Shown here: piece after piece, positions 25,950-39,906 of the stretch
How the letters are laid out: each line of letters starts with the position of its first letter
Position numbering within the stretch: position 1 is the stretch's first letter
Assembly (NCBI GenBank): GCA_003344405.1
Contig: NOWV01000102.1
Location: 186,001-250,000 of the forward strand
Direction: 5' to 3'
Source: Trichoplax sp. H2
Lineage: Eukaryota
Length of the DNA: 64,000 bases
The notes under the pieces: model-generated
What the model was told of the DNA's origin: nothing
What the model saw: the letters and a program-made list of their open reading frames with translations, nothing else
Database searches by the model: none
Translations under genes and position numbers: made by a program

Positions 25950-26936
25950 ATGGATATCTATCTTAATCGCACAAGAGTCAACTCCACTTCGATTAGCAAC
26001 AGCAGTATTCCAGTAGTCACACTAGGCTTAATCAGCTTCGTAGCCGTTGTTGGTAATTCATTTAACTTGATGGTTATTCATCGCTGTCGATCATTACATA
26101 GTGTCAATACATATCTTATTGCTAATTTGGCCATCGTTGATTTTATGACTGGATTTATAACTCTACCCGTTGCAATAATCGTTCTTTTAAAGCCGATATA
26201 CAAAAACCCTGTATTGTGTCAATTGCAAGCATTTTTAGTCGTTTTATTCTATGGTGCATCGTTGTCGACTACTACTGCTATTAGTTTTGATCGCTGTATT
26301 GCTATTACTCACCCTTATTACTATAATTCTGTAGTAGCATATCAACGCTTTATAGTTCAGGTAGTCATCTTATGGCTATTACCATTAATTATGGCCATTT
26401 GTCCGCTGGTAGGGCTTGGTCGATACTTACCTACATCTAATTTATGTTGGATTAATATTTCCAAGTATCAGCACAACTATGTTATCACACTTATACTGAT
26501 CTTTTATATTTTTGTCGCGATTACGGTAACCGTTATATGTAATATCATTATTTTAGTCATCGCATACCAAAAAGGAATTGGGATTTTAACCGGCCGTCGA
26601 AATATAAAAAAATCAATTAAAACGACATCATTAATAGTTGGAACTAAATTAATCACTTGGTTGCCCTTTTCAATCATTTTTGTAATGGACCTTGCACGAA
26701 AGTCAGCTATGAAATTACCGCATGGCGTTAGAATGACTTCAATCTTATTAATATGTAGTAATGCAGCAAGTAATCCCATCATTTATCTATTGACTAATCA
26801 AAATCTAACAAGTAAATTAAAATTATGGCTACGATATAAAAGTCTTAGGATAAACGTAGCCACAGTTGCTCCATTGGATCATTGCAATCAGGGTTATACT
26901 TCGGGCAATCTGATTGCTATTGATAAAACAACCTAA
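25950..26936 (+). CDS. Intronless rhodopsin-class (class A) orphan GPCR, paralog 1
   Basis: 328-aa ORF with 7 hydrophobic helices: GN (TM1), NLAIVD (TM2), C3.25, DRC, W4.50, ECL2 Cys, TKLITWLP (TM6) and NPIIY. N-terminal NxS/T sequons. Confidence 0.95.
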   Translation: MDIYLNRTRVNSTSISNSSIPVVTLGLISFVAVVGNSFNLMVIHRCRSLHSVNTYLIANLAIVDFMTGFITLPVAIIVLLKPIYKNPVLCQLQAFLVVLFYGASLSTTTAISFDRCIAITHPYYYNSVVAYQRFIVQVVILWLLPLIMAICPLVGLGRYLPTSNLCWINISKYQHNYVITLILIFYIFVAITVTVICNIIILVIAYQKGIGILTGRRNIKKSIKTTSLIVGTKLITWLPFSIIFVMDLARKSAMKLPHGVRMTSILLICSNAASNPIIYLLTNQNLTSKLKLWLRYKSLRINVATVAPLDHCNQGYTSGNLIAIDKTT

Positions 26937-28018
26937 ATATTCAACCTTGAATTATTAATTTGCTTGCATTGACAGTTTCTGTTTAACTCTTAGTTTTAAA
27001 ATTGCTCCCCTTTCATCCCTGTCACCCTGTAATAAAAATTGCTTGCACATAATCACGAAATAAATAACCTTGCACTAATTGTGTACCAGTTTGACTAACT
27101 TTTATAACTGCTTTAAATTAAATATCTAAAAATAGTCGCACAGCTATAATTAATTAATACCATCATAATTAAGTCAAGTCATAAATTTCCCTTTTTTTAA
27201 TGTTAAATAGACATTAGAACGAGCTAATCGTTAGAAATACATCTAGTATTAGTCAATGAAGACGAAAACAATAAATTTCTACGATAGAACTTTCCAACAG
27301 CAATTAATGCAGGGAAATAATTTGTTCTTTTTAAATGTCCATTCCATAAAATCGAACTGTTGTCGTTTAGAGCAATGCTGTACTCATGCTTAAAAATCCA
27401 TTGCAGAATAAGTTGTAATATAGTGATAATATGGCTTTGGAAATAATGAAAATTGTTGTAATTATGATTTGAAGAAATATTATGGTTCCGCAATGCCATA
27501 AAAGTTGCCAGCCGCATCGGTGGTATAAATTGAAATAAGTTTTAAAAAATCTACTAATAGTGAATTATACATTGGTGTGGTATGATTGTGGTGCGAAAGG
27601 ACTGGCACACTACGGTAGATTTGAAAGTGATCAATTCGAATTTAAAACAAGATTATCGTCTAGAGAATTTTTATTGCAATCCGGCCAAAGTAAAATACAA
27701 ATCAAATTTTCCGTCAAATAGATTTAAGGCCTAATTTTACCACAGAATAGCAACAATTAATATAAATCGTGTTACAAATAAACCACCATTACATATCGTC
27801 ATCAGTTTATGTATTCGATTAAAGAATCACTTTCTATCCTTAATTAATAGAAATATTATATTTTTATACTAACTTCATAAACTTGATTATTCTCAGCGTT
27901 TTTCTGAGTAATATACCTATGAGATTGATATTTACTTTATGGTCATTACTAAACCGTGAAGCATAAGTAGCTATCACTTCTGATAGCTTACTTACAAAAA
28001 TAAGACAGAAACAGCCTC

Positions 28019-28499
28019 GGGTGTCACGACTACTATAATATTTTCAGAGAAATTCATTCTAATAAATGACACATGTATTATTTTGAAACCAGCAGAAGAT
28101 CCACGTACATGCGATGGCTTAGAAATTTTTATTAGCACTAGCCGAACATTGTATAATTAAGTTCTGCTTCAGTCACTTTGCTTGACAATTATTAATTTTA
28201 GTGCTTTAATTAAAACAATTTCAAGTGACGCCAATAGCCAAAATAAATTAAATGTATACAACATATCAACCTCAAATAAGCCCAATATAACTGCCCGAAA
28301 GTTAGGCCCTTAAGAATTTGACTAAACCGCTTGTAGTATAAGATTTCGACTCTAATATTACAATTATTAAGGACGCCTACGATACTTTATTACTAGAACG
28401 CTTTTGGGAAATAAGCATAAGAAATGTTGTTTACATCGTATAAAGTTAACGCCCAACACCCACAGATTTCGAATGGCGGACTAGTAGTCCGTGACGGCC
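28019..28499. mobile_element. Probable MITE / non-autonomous DNA transposon with degenerate TIRs
   Basis: The left end ggtgtcacgactacta matches the reverse complement of the right end tagtagtccgtgacggcc. The right end GGCC is followed by TTA (PIF/Harbinger-like). A left TSD is not recognisable. Confidence 0.45.
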
Positions 28500-31400
28500 T
28501 TAAATCTGTACATAATACTTTTCATCGTCTGCGAACTGTTTGATAGAGTCACTTGGATCAACAATTTCAGGATCAATTTAAACTTTGAAAATAAAATAAC
28601 AAAAACTACAGCACATATTTGCCGAATCAACCCTCAACACATATAATATAATGGCAATACGAATTCTTCAATATTAAGCTACATACTAATAATGCTATAT
28701 TTCTAATTTGAGGAAAAATAAGGGCGAAGCAAATATGAAAACAGGGAACATTTTCAGTTTCTTTCATTATTTAACGTCTTTAAATGAAGTATTGCAGCAC
28801 GCTATAAAAAAAGTGATCTGTAATACATCATATTTATAAGATCAATTTTTTTACAATTGTAAAAAGATTATTATTTTCGTTAAAGACGACAATCAATTAC
28901 TATTAATACAGCCCTCCATTTCGAAGTTTTAATTTGAATCCTACAATTTATTAAAATTTTTGTACGAAAATAAACACCATTATTAACAGGTTAAATTACC
29001 ATATAGAGAGATAACATAACCGTGATAATAAGAGATAGAAATTTGGCATTAACATATATTAAGCTAAGGATGTATAGAAGAATGCCTCGTAAAATGCATT
29101 GTTCGCTATTACACAAACTAGCAAGAATTTTGTAATGTCGAAATACCATTACCAACATGGATTATAATCTGGACCGATCTAAATCCGACTGATGGTATTA
29201 AATAAGCAAGTTGTTTTAAAAATACAACCGGCTAGCATAACAATTGAAAATTTTAATTAAAAATGAAAGTAAGATTTAATTGACTCCATTTATTGTACAG
29301 ATAATCTGCTACGTATTCATTTAGACTGTAATCATATACATTGCTAATTATAGACAGATCCAGGCATGTCATAGATATCGGCACTAAAAGAACCTGCGAA
29401 AAGCAGTTACATGCCTGCTTTATTTCAACGCCATTTACTTAAATTCTTCATTGTCAGCATAGTTTGCTGTCAATCTTTCTAGAATTATCATTTGCTTCAT
29501 AATAATCTTGTGAGATACTGTATCATTCGCTCTTAGCAACATCAAAAGCCCGCTAGAATTATAACATTAAACTTTGAAAGAAGAGTTTGACCATAACAAA
29601 AATGCTAACGTGGGTACATAATTTACCATTTAGGTAAGGTTAAATATCGATCTTACTGTATAGCTATTGTGCGATTCTAAAAAGTTCATTAATCAATCGT
29701 GACTTTTAAAATTGTTACTGACTACTCATACGACAGCTAGTCAAAGAATTTATGTTGAATCTACCCATTCTCCATGTTACGGATGTAACTGCTATACTGT
29801 AAGATTTTAATAGAAGATAATTGTTCGTTCTGCAATAATTTTCATTTGTGATTTAATGATGATGAAACGCTTGCAGCGGCTTAGATATATTGACCATATC
29901 TATAGAATACTATAACATTACAATATTTGTAGCGTTACTATTTTTTAAATATCTACTTAAATGTATAAATGCTATATCAAAGTTTTATTGTAATCTATTG
30001 TGCTATAACTTAACTTTGAAGTTAAAATTACTTCTATATATATTTCCTCATAGGATTATTACAGATTCCTCGATTTATACTTGTAAGAATTATAAATAAT
30101 TAATAATTGATATCTTCGCGAAATCATGCAATCAAGTGAAATATTATTGAGTAAAAAAATAAAACGTATAGCATTAAACAAAACGCTGAATTAACTAACG
30201 TATATGGTATACTATGGGATATCTATTAGTGCAAAATCTTCGACACATTATGAATACTTTCAAAGCAGTCGATCAGTAGATTTTGTATTATCTTATACGC
30301 TATATTGACATAACATGAAAATGATATTAAACTATAGCGATAAACGAGAAGCTCCTCTAGTACAGTAGAGAACAGTTCTGATTTTTAGGAATGATATGAA
30401 CTGGGGTACTTAGAGGCAGAATTAAATGCAAAATTCATTCTCATTTAAATATTTGACAGTTGATTAATATTTACATTCAACTTCCTCTAGTAACGTATTT
30501 TAAAACAATAATCATTATAATGACGATCTATAATTAACTAACTAATCCGTTAATTAAAACCAAATTTTAACATCTAGTTTTAGACTATTAGTTAGAATAG
30601 ACGGGCTGGTTGCTATCAAAATAACTGATAGTGGATCGAACTTTATTAAAAATTAATTAAACGCGAAATAGGATGCTATGAATGGTACCTTTACAGTAAG
30701 TAATCTTCCAATATACAGTAAGTGATAGCTATAAGTACGGCTCAGCAATACAATAGTCTAAATTAGCCGAACTCACGTAGTGCATAGTAAGTATTCTTAA
30801 CTATGATAGATATAAGTACGTGAATTAACTGGTTCTTTTTTTTATCCGGTAGCTCCGAAAAACTAAAATAACACATGCTGATACAGCTATCTAATCAATT
30901 GTATCATAGTAACAATTCATTTAATTATACCAGTAATTTAGACTACAATATCCGATTTATGTTACGCAGCTAGTTACTGTAATAATGCATAACTAATTTT
31001 TCATCAATTGTGAAATTGTTTAGGATGTGCAATACATAAGCGTACTAAAGAAATTAATATCAAATATTAATTTGGTAATATTCAGATTAAAACTTTATAA
31101 GACTCTAAAGGTTTATACTGTATTATATCATATTGTCATCCACTAGCAACTCTGCAGATGCTTCGTGTACTTATATGATGACATATAAAGATTATTTATC
31201 TCCTAGCTACCGTATTTAATTATCGATTTATAGATAAACCATAATCAATACAATAACCAATGAAGCCGTAATTCTAAATGATATCGGACGAAATTAAAAT
31301 CACAAATCAGTAGAGAAAACAAGAAACGACGCAATAATTGAACATACATATCCAAATTTATCATAAAGGAAAATTTATAAAGTCCAGGACTAATTGAATA

Positions 31401-32459
31401 TTTCGTAATTAAATGTGACGATTTAAAATACCCTGGACAAATTAGCTACTTCTATTTCAAGGTAAAGAACAGTAATTTATTAAAATAAGAATTCTTAATA
31501 CTTGTCATAATAATTTAACTAAAGATATTTACTACTTGATCATTTAATGAATGGAAAATTTTGCGAACTTTACTGTACTTGGATAGTTGGATTAAGTGTT
31601 ATAGTTAAGTCTAAAAGAAAGGGAAAAAAAGTTTAAGTAACGAAAGTTAAAAACATAGCAGCCTTAGAATTATCTCAGGTATATTGATCTAATTTCGTTT
31701 ATAGTAACCTGTATATGAAATTTTCTGAAGTGTATAGTATTAGATTGTATGAAATAGCTAATTAGAACTAGCTTGTTTTAATTATATGACAAACCAAATA
31801 AAAATGAAAATTAAATAAATCTGGTAAATCTTCAGATAATATAGCTTACTTCTTATACTATGTGCCAACCTGTTTTAGTACCGTAACATTTTAGAAATCT
31901 TAGTTAGCTTTGATAAATAACTTTATTAAAACTGTATAACACAGTTTGGCCAATAACTAAAAGCGAACTTTCAACAATATCAAAACTGTCTCAAATTGAG
32001 TCATATTATTAATACCTGTTAACCCAAATTTCTTGATTACCTACCAGATTGTACAAATTAACTGCGTTAAATTTAGCTGCACTATGAAATTCGTAATAAT
32101 GCCTGTCTATCTTATTTTATACAAGTCTTCACTAATCTTCATCTAGTAATTTCCTAAGCCTTATCAGAATATGTAAAATATCTCTGTTTCTATTAAGTGA
32201 ATTTATGTTTAAAAAATATAGCAGATAGCATACGAACGTAAAAGTCCAATTATGAAACTGTAATCCCATTAAGTTTGTTTTATTTCGCACGCATTAATAT
32301 ATTTAAACAATATTTTAAGAGCCCCTTAGATCACGCGTAGCACCTGTATTAAACCCACAAAAGTTTATCATAACCAATAATTAAGTAAAGGCTAAATATT
32401 GTTAAAATTATCTTAAATCTAAAGTTTTCCTCTTTCTTACATAACTGTCTATATAAGTA

Positions 32460-32753
32460 TATTACGAAGTGTAGCTCCTTAGATTATAAATTAGGCAATA
32501 ATAATTGATTAACGCGATTGTTTACCATTTTGGTAGACAAGTAGTAGTCGCTCCGGGCTAGGACAAGCTAGTAGAGACTAGAAATCGGGTGGCCGAATAA
32601 AAAGCACTAGTGGTTTGAAAGAAACCTGAGTAGTTGTGTGACTGTCTGGAAAGACTTAGTTTTCCCTTAGAAGAAGACTTTCAAGTCAGTGGAAGCCTTA
32701 CACAATTACCATAGCACTTGACATAACCAAATCATAAGTGGGGAATTGTGACA
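32460..32753 (+). mobile_element. Older diverged solo LTR (~294 bp), TSD AAGTA, opposite orientation to the other copies
   Basis: Ends in ...aagtggggaatTGTGACA, whose reverse complement resembles the start of the 22523 element. AAGTA at 32455-32459 and 32754-32758. The 5' end has decayed to tattacga. Internal AATAAA at ~32596. Confidence 0.6.
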
Positions 32754-33528
32754 AAGTAACAATTAGAAAGCTGTCAAACTACACAAGCATTAAGACAATT
32801 TAATTCTATTTTAATTAATGATAAGATGAAGACTAAATAACGTTATTATCCTATCTTAAGTGTTTCTTAATTTTTATAAATTTGCATATAACAGTATATA
32901 CGTAATTTGTATGTTTGTTCGTTGTGATATATACCAATCACGAAATTCCAAATTTTAGAAAAATAAGGGCCTTATTGAATCTTATACAAAGATCAACTAC
33001 ACACAGCTCTACTTTAGCCGAATACTACTACTAAAGACTTCTAGAACGAACTAATTGAATAATCTAAAGTTGCATGCTTTTGTACTTTTCGTAGCATTCG
33101 CAGCTACAATCCGCATGGCAACCTTTTACCTTATTTTACACATAGTTAAATTATTCTTAGTCAGACTATTTTACTGCGGACCATCATTAATCCAATATGG
33201 ATACGACTACAGTACTTACGTTGATATCATTCACACCAGCCAAAGTACAATGAATTAACCATATCCTAATATATGATTTACAGTTCTATTTTTACCTATA
33301 ACCTTATTAGTAACTCAACAGCTTACTGTATATAGTCATCTGTACTCTAGCATAGAGTCTATACCACTACAGTCTATAGTTATAGCTACCAAATATCTCT
33401 TAGGATAAATATCTACCGTACATTATACTACACATGGCTAACAGTCTACAATCACAATACTAAGTTACATTACAAACGTGAAAGCGTTTTGGGAATCCAT
33501 CTGATTACATTAAATAGGTAGATTAAAA

Positions 33529-34607
33529 CTAGCTAGCCTATTTAGCCAGGAATGAAATAAAAATTAATTAATTCAAAATATTATATGTTGTCACATTTTT
33601 CGTATATTAAACTGTAATGAAATGAAATGTGTAGAGATCAAGCTACGAAACTTTAACAAACTTTGATTCTACTTTCGCTGCACTCCGGTCGACTTAACGC
33701 TAATACTTAGACACCAAATAAAATTTGGGGAAATAACCGAACAACAATTTATTTCAAAACAAAAATGGAGAGAAGTATAAACCGAACAACCGCACAAATA
33801 CTTAGCTTTAAGTATTATTAAAATAAATGGCAGACTTAAAAACTGTCAACGACCAAACAACCTTTCAAAAAGAAGAACGTTTTAACTTACGACAATTCGA
33901 CCCCGAAGGCCTTTTAAATTCAACAAGTTCTTCAAATAAAATCTTCTTCTACTCTCCCTCTAAATTTTCTAATTGCACTATCATTTATAGGCTTCGTAGA
34001 GCCGTCAGAGGTATTTAAAACTAAACATTTGCTAACCAATCGCTCTTAAGATCCGTTTTACAAAACTACTTTGCACCATTTAAGAAAACAAAAACCATTC
34101 AAAGTTCAGACACAATTTACCCTACGATTCCCTTACAAAACACTATAAAAGTAATAAGCTAACTATAAAAATACATCAAACTTCATTTCTAACATAATTT
34201 CTATCATTAATACACTATAAAAGTTTAAAAATCAATCTTTAAACATCAAGATTTACTCATAAAAACAACATTCTAACTACCTAACAATCAACACAACCTC
34301 TGCCAATTTCCATCTTATTTCCTATTTTCCTCACTAAATCTCCTAATGTGACTTCAAGTCACGTCATAAAATTCCAAAGTTTCAAATTTATAACAAAAAG
34401 TCCAAACCTCAAAAATCAACTCTTACGATATTTTTCACAAACAAAAATCCAAAAATTAAAACAGAAAAATTATAATTCAGACATAAATTAAAAATAAACC
34501 CGACCGGTTCCGAAACAGGAAAATTATATCGGACACAAACCCGACCGGTCCCAGAATCCGAAAACTATATCGGACACAAATCCGGAAAAATTCGGTTTTT
34601 ATAAAGA
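33529..34607 (-). mobile_element. Probable non-autonomous Helitron
   Basis: On the minus strand it reads a|TCTTTATAAAAACCGAATTTTTCCGGATTTGTGTCCGATATAG...GGCTAGCTAG|t: 5' TC, 3' CTAG, A|T target, no TSD. It has subterminal ~41-bp tandem repeats (34497-34580) and a strong G-poor plus-strand bias unlike the flanks. The 3' hairpin is weak. Confidence 0.5.
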
Positions 34608-37600
34608 TCACAGTAATCGCTTATCAAAAAAAATCTATATGACTACTACGACTACTTTTCTGACATTAGTATCGCTTAGTATTCGCGAGTATTGACAGTT
34701 GATGTTTTAGCGTCAAATTGTACTGGAACTGTACGATTATAGACTACATTACAGTACTTTATCGTCATGTTATAAATCCCCTTTCTCTAAGGATAAGGTT
34801 TTGCTACTAAGTCAAATTCCTTTACAATTTGAATAGACGATCAAACGCTGTTTCTTTAGATTAGGCATTTGCTCTATAGGGCTACTTCTATAGTAATCTA
34901 TATAATACCTTGTAAAATAATGAAGAAGAAAAGATGGCGACATGATGATTTGGCAGGGTAAAACTTAAAGACACTATCACTTTGTAGGTACATTCTATAG
35001 TAAAATAATACTAATTACATACTAAAAACTACAAAGGACTCTACTTTTAGTCCTTTTACTACAATATTTAAGAAACTTTTGCAAACTTAAAAGTTGACAT
35101 AAGGCAGACGTATTAAAATGGCCAAGCCTTATCCAGACAACAGCCAAGAAATAAATGCTGCAATACGAAAATCGTTTGATTTAATTCATCTTATTTTGTG
35201 AACTAGTCTATTTATACAATGTTTTAGACATTTTCAGAATGGCATAAAATGATTACATTTGACCTAGATATCATTTTGGTCATTAACTAAAAATTAAAAT
35301 TCAATAAAATCATTTCGCCAATTTAAATATCACGCTTTTTTAGCTCATTTTTTGAAAAACTGATATTATTTAAAAATGTTTATAAATAGCAGAGAGCCAT
35401 GAACTACTGAAGGGCATTAGCTTTTTAAATTAAATCTAAAATGGACATCTGTTTTAAAAATTGTAACAAAATAATTGATCTGAATAGACGTTTCTAATTT
35501 GATCTTATCCGATTTATAGATTTACAACATGGTACACGTACGCAATCTCTAAAATAGAGTGAGCAAGTTTACGTACCATTATTGCTATCAAGTGCTTGGT
35601 CCTATTTGTTATACAATTTTCGTCCATTATTAATAATACTAGTTTACATGCGTATGCTATTACTGATGTCATATCTATAAAAATAATTAACCAGTACATG
35701 ATCATTCAATGGAATTGGAATGGCCAAATAATTCCAATAATACAAAATACTTGTGACTAAAACAATAAAGCCATATGCAATCTGCAATATATTATTAGAC
35801 GTCAATGCCTTAAAAATTTTATATTTTAGAATTCTACAATTTATCAAGTAGATATTTAGATTAAAGTTATATTGGCTAACTTACAAAATATCATTTAATA
35901 TCATTTAACTGCAAGACTAATTCATAATGGTACCTCTAACACTAGCAATCAAACCCTATTTCTTTAGTTTTGTTGCCTTATATTAATTTTTCAGGCGCTC
36001 ATATTCTCGAACATTTTCATATTTTAAGCAGATATTTATTCCTATTAAGATCACTTTATTCGATATGCAAAGTTGCTTTTATGACTAAGTAATGAAATAA
36101 TTACATATATGTATAATAATTGTATCTCTCCGACTTTCTAAGACTGGCAATTAATCACATCTTTTCTTGATTAATCTATACGTTCGAGATTTATTATTCG
36201 ATATTACATTTTAGAAGCGCCTTAAATCAATAATGTTCGAAGATATCATTGTCATTATACTACAATTTCTGATTACCAAGTACAGTAAAATTTTTACTTT
36301 TCTCATCTTCGTATCCTTTTTCCATTTACCAGTATATACCTACCTTAAGTCTAGTCTATTTTTACCTTCAAAAATATCTAACAAACTTTGCAGCTAACTC
36401 AAGTGTAGAAATGTCCATGTAAGTAAGCCTCAATATCACTTCATTTATTTCTATTTGATTAGATTTGATAGAGGTTAGTAGTACAGTGATTTATAGAATA
36501 ATAGCCTAAAAAATAAAGGGCATACTCCAAACAATGGTGGTATTGGGGTTGTATTGGATCCGTCAATAAAATTAATACATTAATTCTCAATACACTGGAA
36601 TTGCCCTTAAAATTTAGAGTGTAATTATAATACCGATAAATACTAAATAACATTAGAATAGATAATATTGACTCATTGCATTAGTAACAAGGGTCTAAGA
36701 TGATGCCTGTATATATGCACAAAAAGTATAAGATTTACGAATACATTGGCTTTCTTACTTACTTCATCTCTAACACAACGTATAGTATATGAATTCTTTT
36801 TATCCTTATTAGCCCGCTATACTGGTGTTACGGTATAAATACACCGTAAATGATACAGTATAAATTAAGTATTTATATCTAGGTAGATTTCTACCTATAT
36901 AAGTCAGGTCGACTAAACTCTTACGATTTTGATTGGTGATCGCTAATATTGCTCATTAGTAGTTTATTTCTGTAATCTTTACGAGTGCATGGCGTTGCTC
37001 AAATTAGTTGAAATAAAGTAATAGTAGCTCGATGTTGTCAAGTTTAGCTGTGTAACTGCAGTCTAGAAAGGAAGCTCTAGGCCGAAACTAAAATAGTAGT
37101 TGACAGTAGCCACTTAGAAGAGCAGAATACTTTACGTCATCCTTTGTCAGCAGAGTAGCCCTTGAAAACTGGTTATATGCTTCTTTTCAGCATTATTGTA
37201 ATACTTACTGCTTATTGGTAACCAGTTATAACGATGTTATGCTACAAAAATAAGTAATTATTGACCACTACAGTAATGAATACTATTGAATAATCTAGAC
37301 AAAGTCATATACTGTGCGCGATATTTAATTTTATTAATCTTGTAATTAATCATACGAACAGAGCACAAACATTTAAATACTAGATAGTCTGTAGCTACCT
37401 AAATCGCAAAATATCTATATATCAATTTAGTAATAATATGCGATAATTTACGTAACATATAGAATACAAATTTTACTGCATTTAATATCTAAATTAACAA
37501 TATAAATGCATATGATTGTGAAATAAATGAGTTATTGCTTCAGAAGCATGTCGCCGTCTCCTCATGAAATATGTATACCAATAAATCAGTTAACTATGGA

Positions 37601-39906
37601 GCTCGGCCGAGAACTTGAGTTGAATTCTCATAAATCGCTTGGATAGACACTAAAAATCCTAGAAAGAGCTGCCCAATTAATTGGACTATACGTTTCAGAG
37701 TTATTTTTATCTTAATTCAGTAGTAATTTCAATTGATCATCTAACTTATATATGACAATTTTAAGATTTACATACGCATATAGTGATCACGATGCTTTGC
37801 TAAAAAATTCCTTTACTTAACTAATTTCAATTTGGCATTTCTCACCTAGACATTATAGTTAATCTGATGCTCTTTAAGGAGGTTATAACCATTTCAGTAG
37901 TTGGAATAAAATATTTTAATATTTGCTTGATTAAAAGAATTTTGACTATTGGAACAGATAATTTTAATTGTAAGGGCCTAATTTTTATATAGAATATACT
38001 TTCAGTTAATCTTTTATTCCAGCTTAGGTTAAAGGCAATATCAACAGTTTATATACAAGAAATTTTAAATTCGCTTAAGCAAAAACAGCATTCTTTCTCT
38101 GACTACTATGTTGATCATAGTACAAAGGATATATTATCTTAACAATTATATAAATCTTTTTTAAAATATTACCTTAAACAATGCTAGAGTGCATACAGCG
38201 CAAATTCTAAGTTTGTTAAGAGCTTTCATCAATATTATTTTTATGTCACAGCATTATGAAAATAGGAATATGCCTTTCTATATTTGAAACTATTATTCAA
38301 TTTTAATTCATTACCAATTTCAATAATTGCATTGTCCAACAAGTTTAGGATTCCTATCGAAGGCAGTGTAGCCTGTATGAATGTCAAGTTGATGAAAATT
38401 TCTCAATAGATTGATCACGTAAACACTAATGATATGGTATAATAAGACTCGCCTACAGCTACAATATTTGCATTAACACAGAATTTCGTACATAATACTT
38501 TATATATATATACACTAGTCCAATGGATGTATTCTTCAGCCAAAATAATCTAATTTATTAAAGATTGGTTTCTTTTATTGCTGCATTAAAATTAAAAATA
38601 CTAAAATTTTGTAGGGTAACTCCAGCTAAAATGGAAGTAATAGCGGCAGTATAATCATAAATTTACGATAAGATGTGAGGAACTAAAGTAGTCTTAAAAC
38701 TAACATCATCATTTAGAGCATTTATAACTTGAACAGTCCAAATTACGTAAACCAGTCTTGTCCGTTTATGCTGAATGCGAGCTTTCAGTAAAATTGCTGC
38801 CGGAAACATTACCAAATGCCGCTTGCATGAAAATTAATCAATTTATAAACTATACCGAGATTACAAATGAAGATTTAAAGCTGGATTAAAATGATAAAAA
38901 TACCCAAAATTGGTTTGTCAATCCGATTTAGCATTCTCATTATGATCAAATTATTATACCTATGGGAAGTTACGCTAATAAAATAAATAGGAGCATTTTA
39001 CCCAAGTAAAAATACCAGATGAAGGTTTATATTATCTATTACAACAAAATTGAATAATATTAAATCTAAGGTAAGATCTTGGATTTTAAAAAATTGCGTG
39101 ATCTACTTGTATCTAGTTACTGTAGTTACCACATCAGGATGCCATGACGATAAATAACGCGATTTATAGGTATGCAGCATGAAACTGAAGTCATTATTTC
39201 AATCTAGACGTACTTAATATATTTATCAAGGTTGTCAACCTTTTCAAACTGATTTACAGCCAATCATCATCCTATTTTAAATTCTCCTCGACTATTTTTA
39301 ATCAATTAATAAAGAAATTAATATTCACCAATCGTCACTTCTCTTGGATAAATGGTCTGTAATTATACGTATGTTTTTCTGCATCAACACCTGCCATGGT
39401 GGTTTATTTATAGGGGAAACTATTGAAATGAAGATGAATAGTTCAATTGAAAAATTACGTTAACATTTAATTCTCTTGCCTATATGATCATAGTCAATCT
39501 ATCATTGGCATAATAATCTGGTTATGTAGCTAATTAATTGCTCGCTATTATTATATCATCACCATGTAAATATTATACCCAATCTTCTATGGAATGTCAA
39601 TTGAACTGAAAGAAATTAAAATAATTCTTTTCTTCTAAATGAAAGGATAAAGCGCTATCCACTCTCATCAAGGATTCATTTAGAACTGTTTGCCTGCTAA
39701 TTGTGATATTCCATGCGCAGTTGTCATCGATCCGCTGATAGAATAATTTAAGCAAGTTAAGATGCAATTTAATCATGTTGAGCAAAAAACATTTCCTTAA
39801 TATTTTAGGCACGGATGTAACATATTTTTTAAAGGCATTATCCCGATATCATTTAGATAAATCATTCTTGGAGCCGTATTGAATCACCATTTATTTCTTC
39901 TACAAC

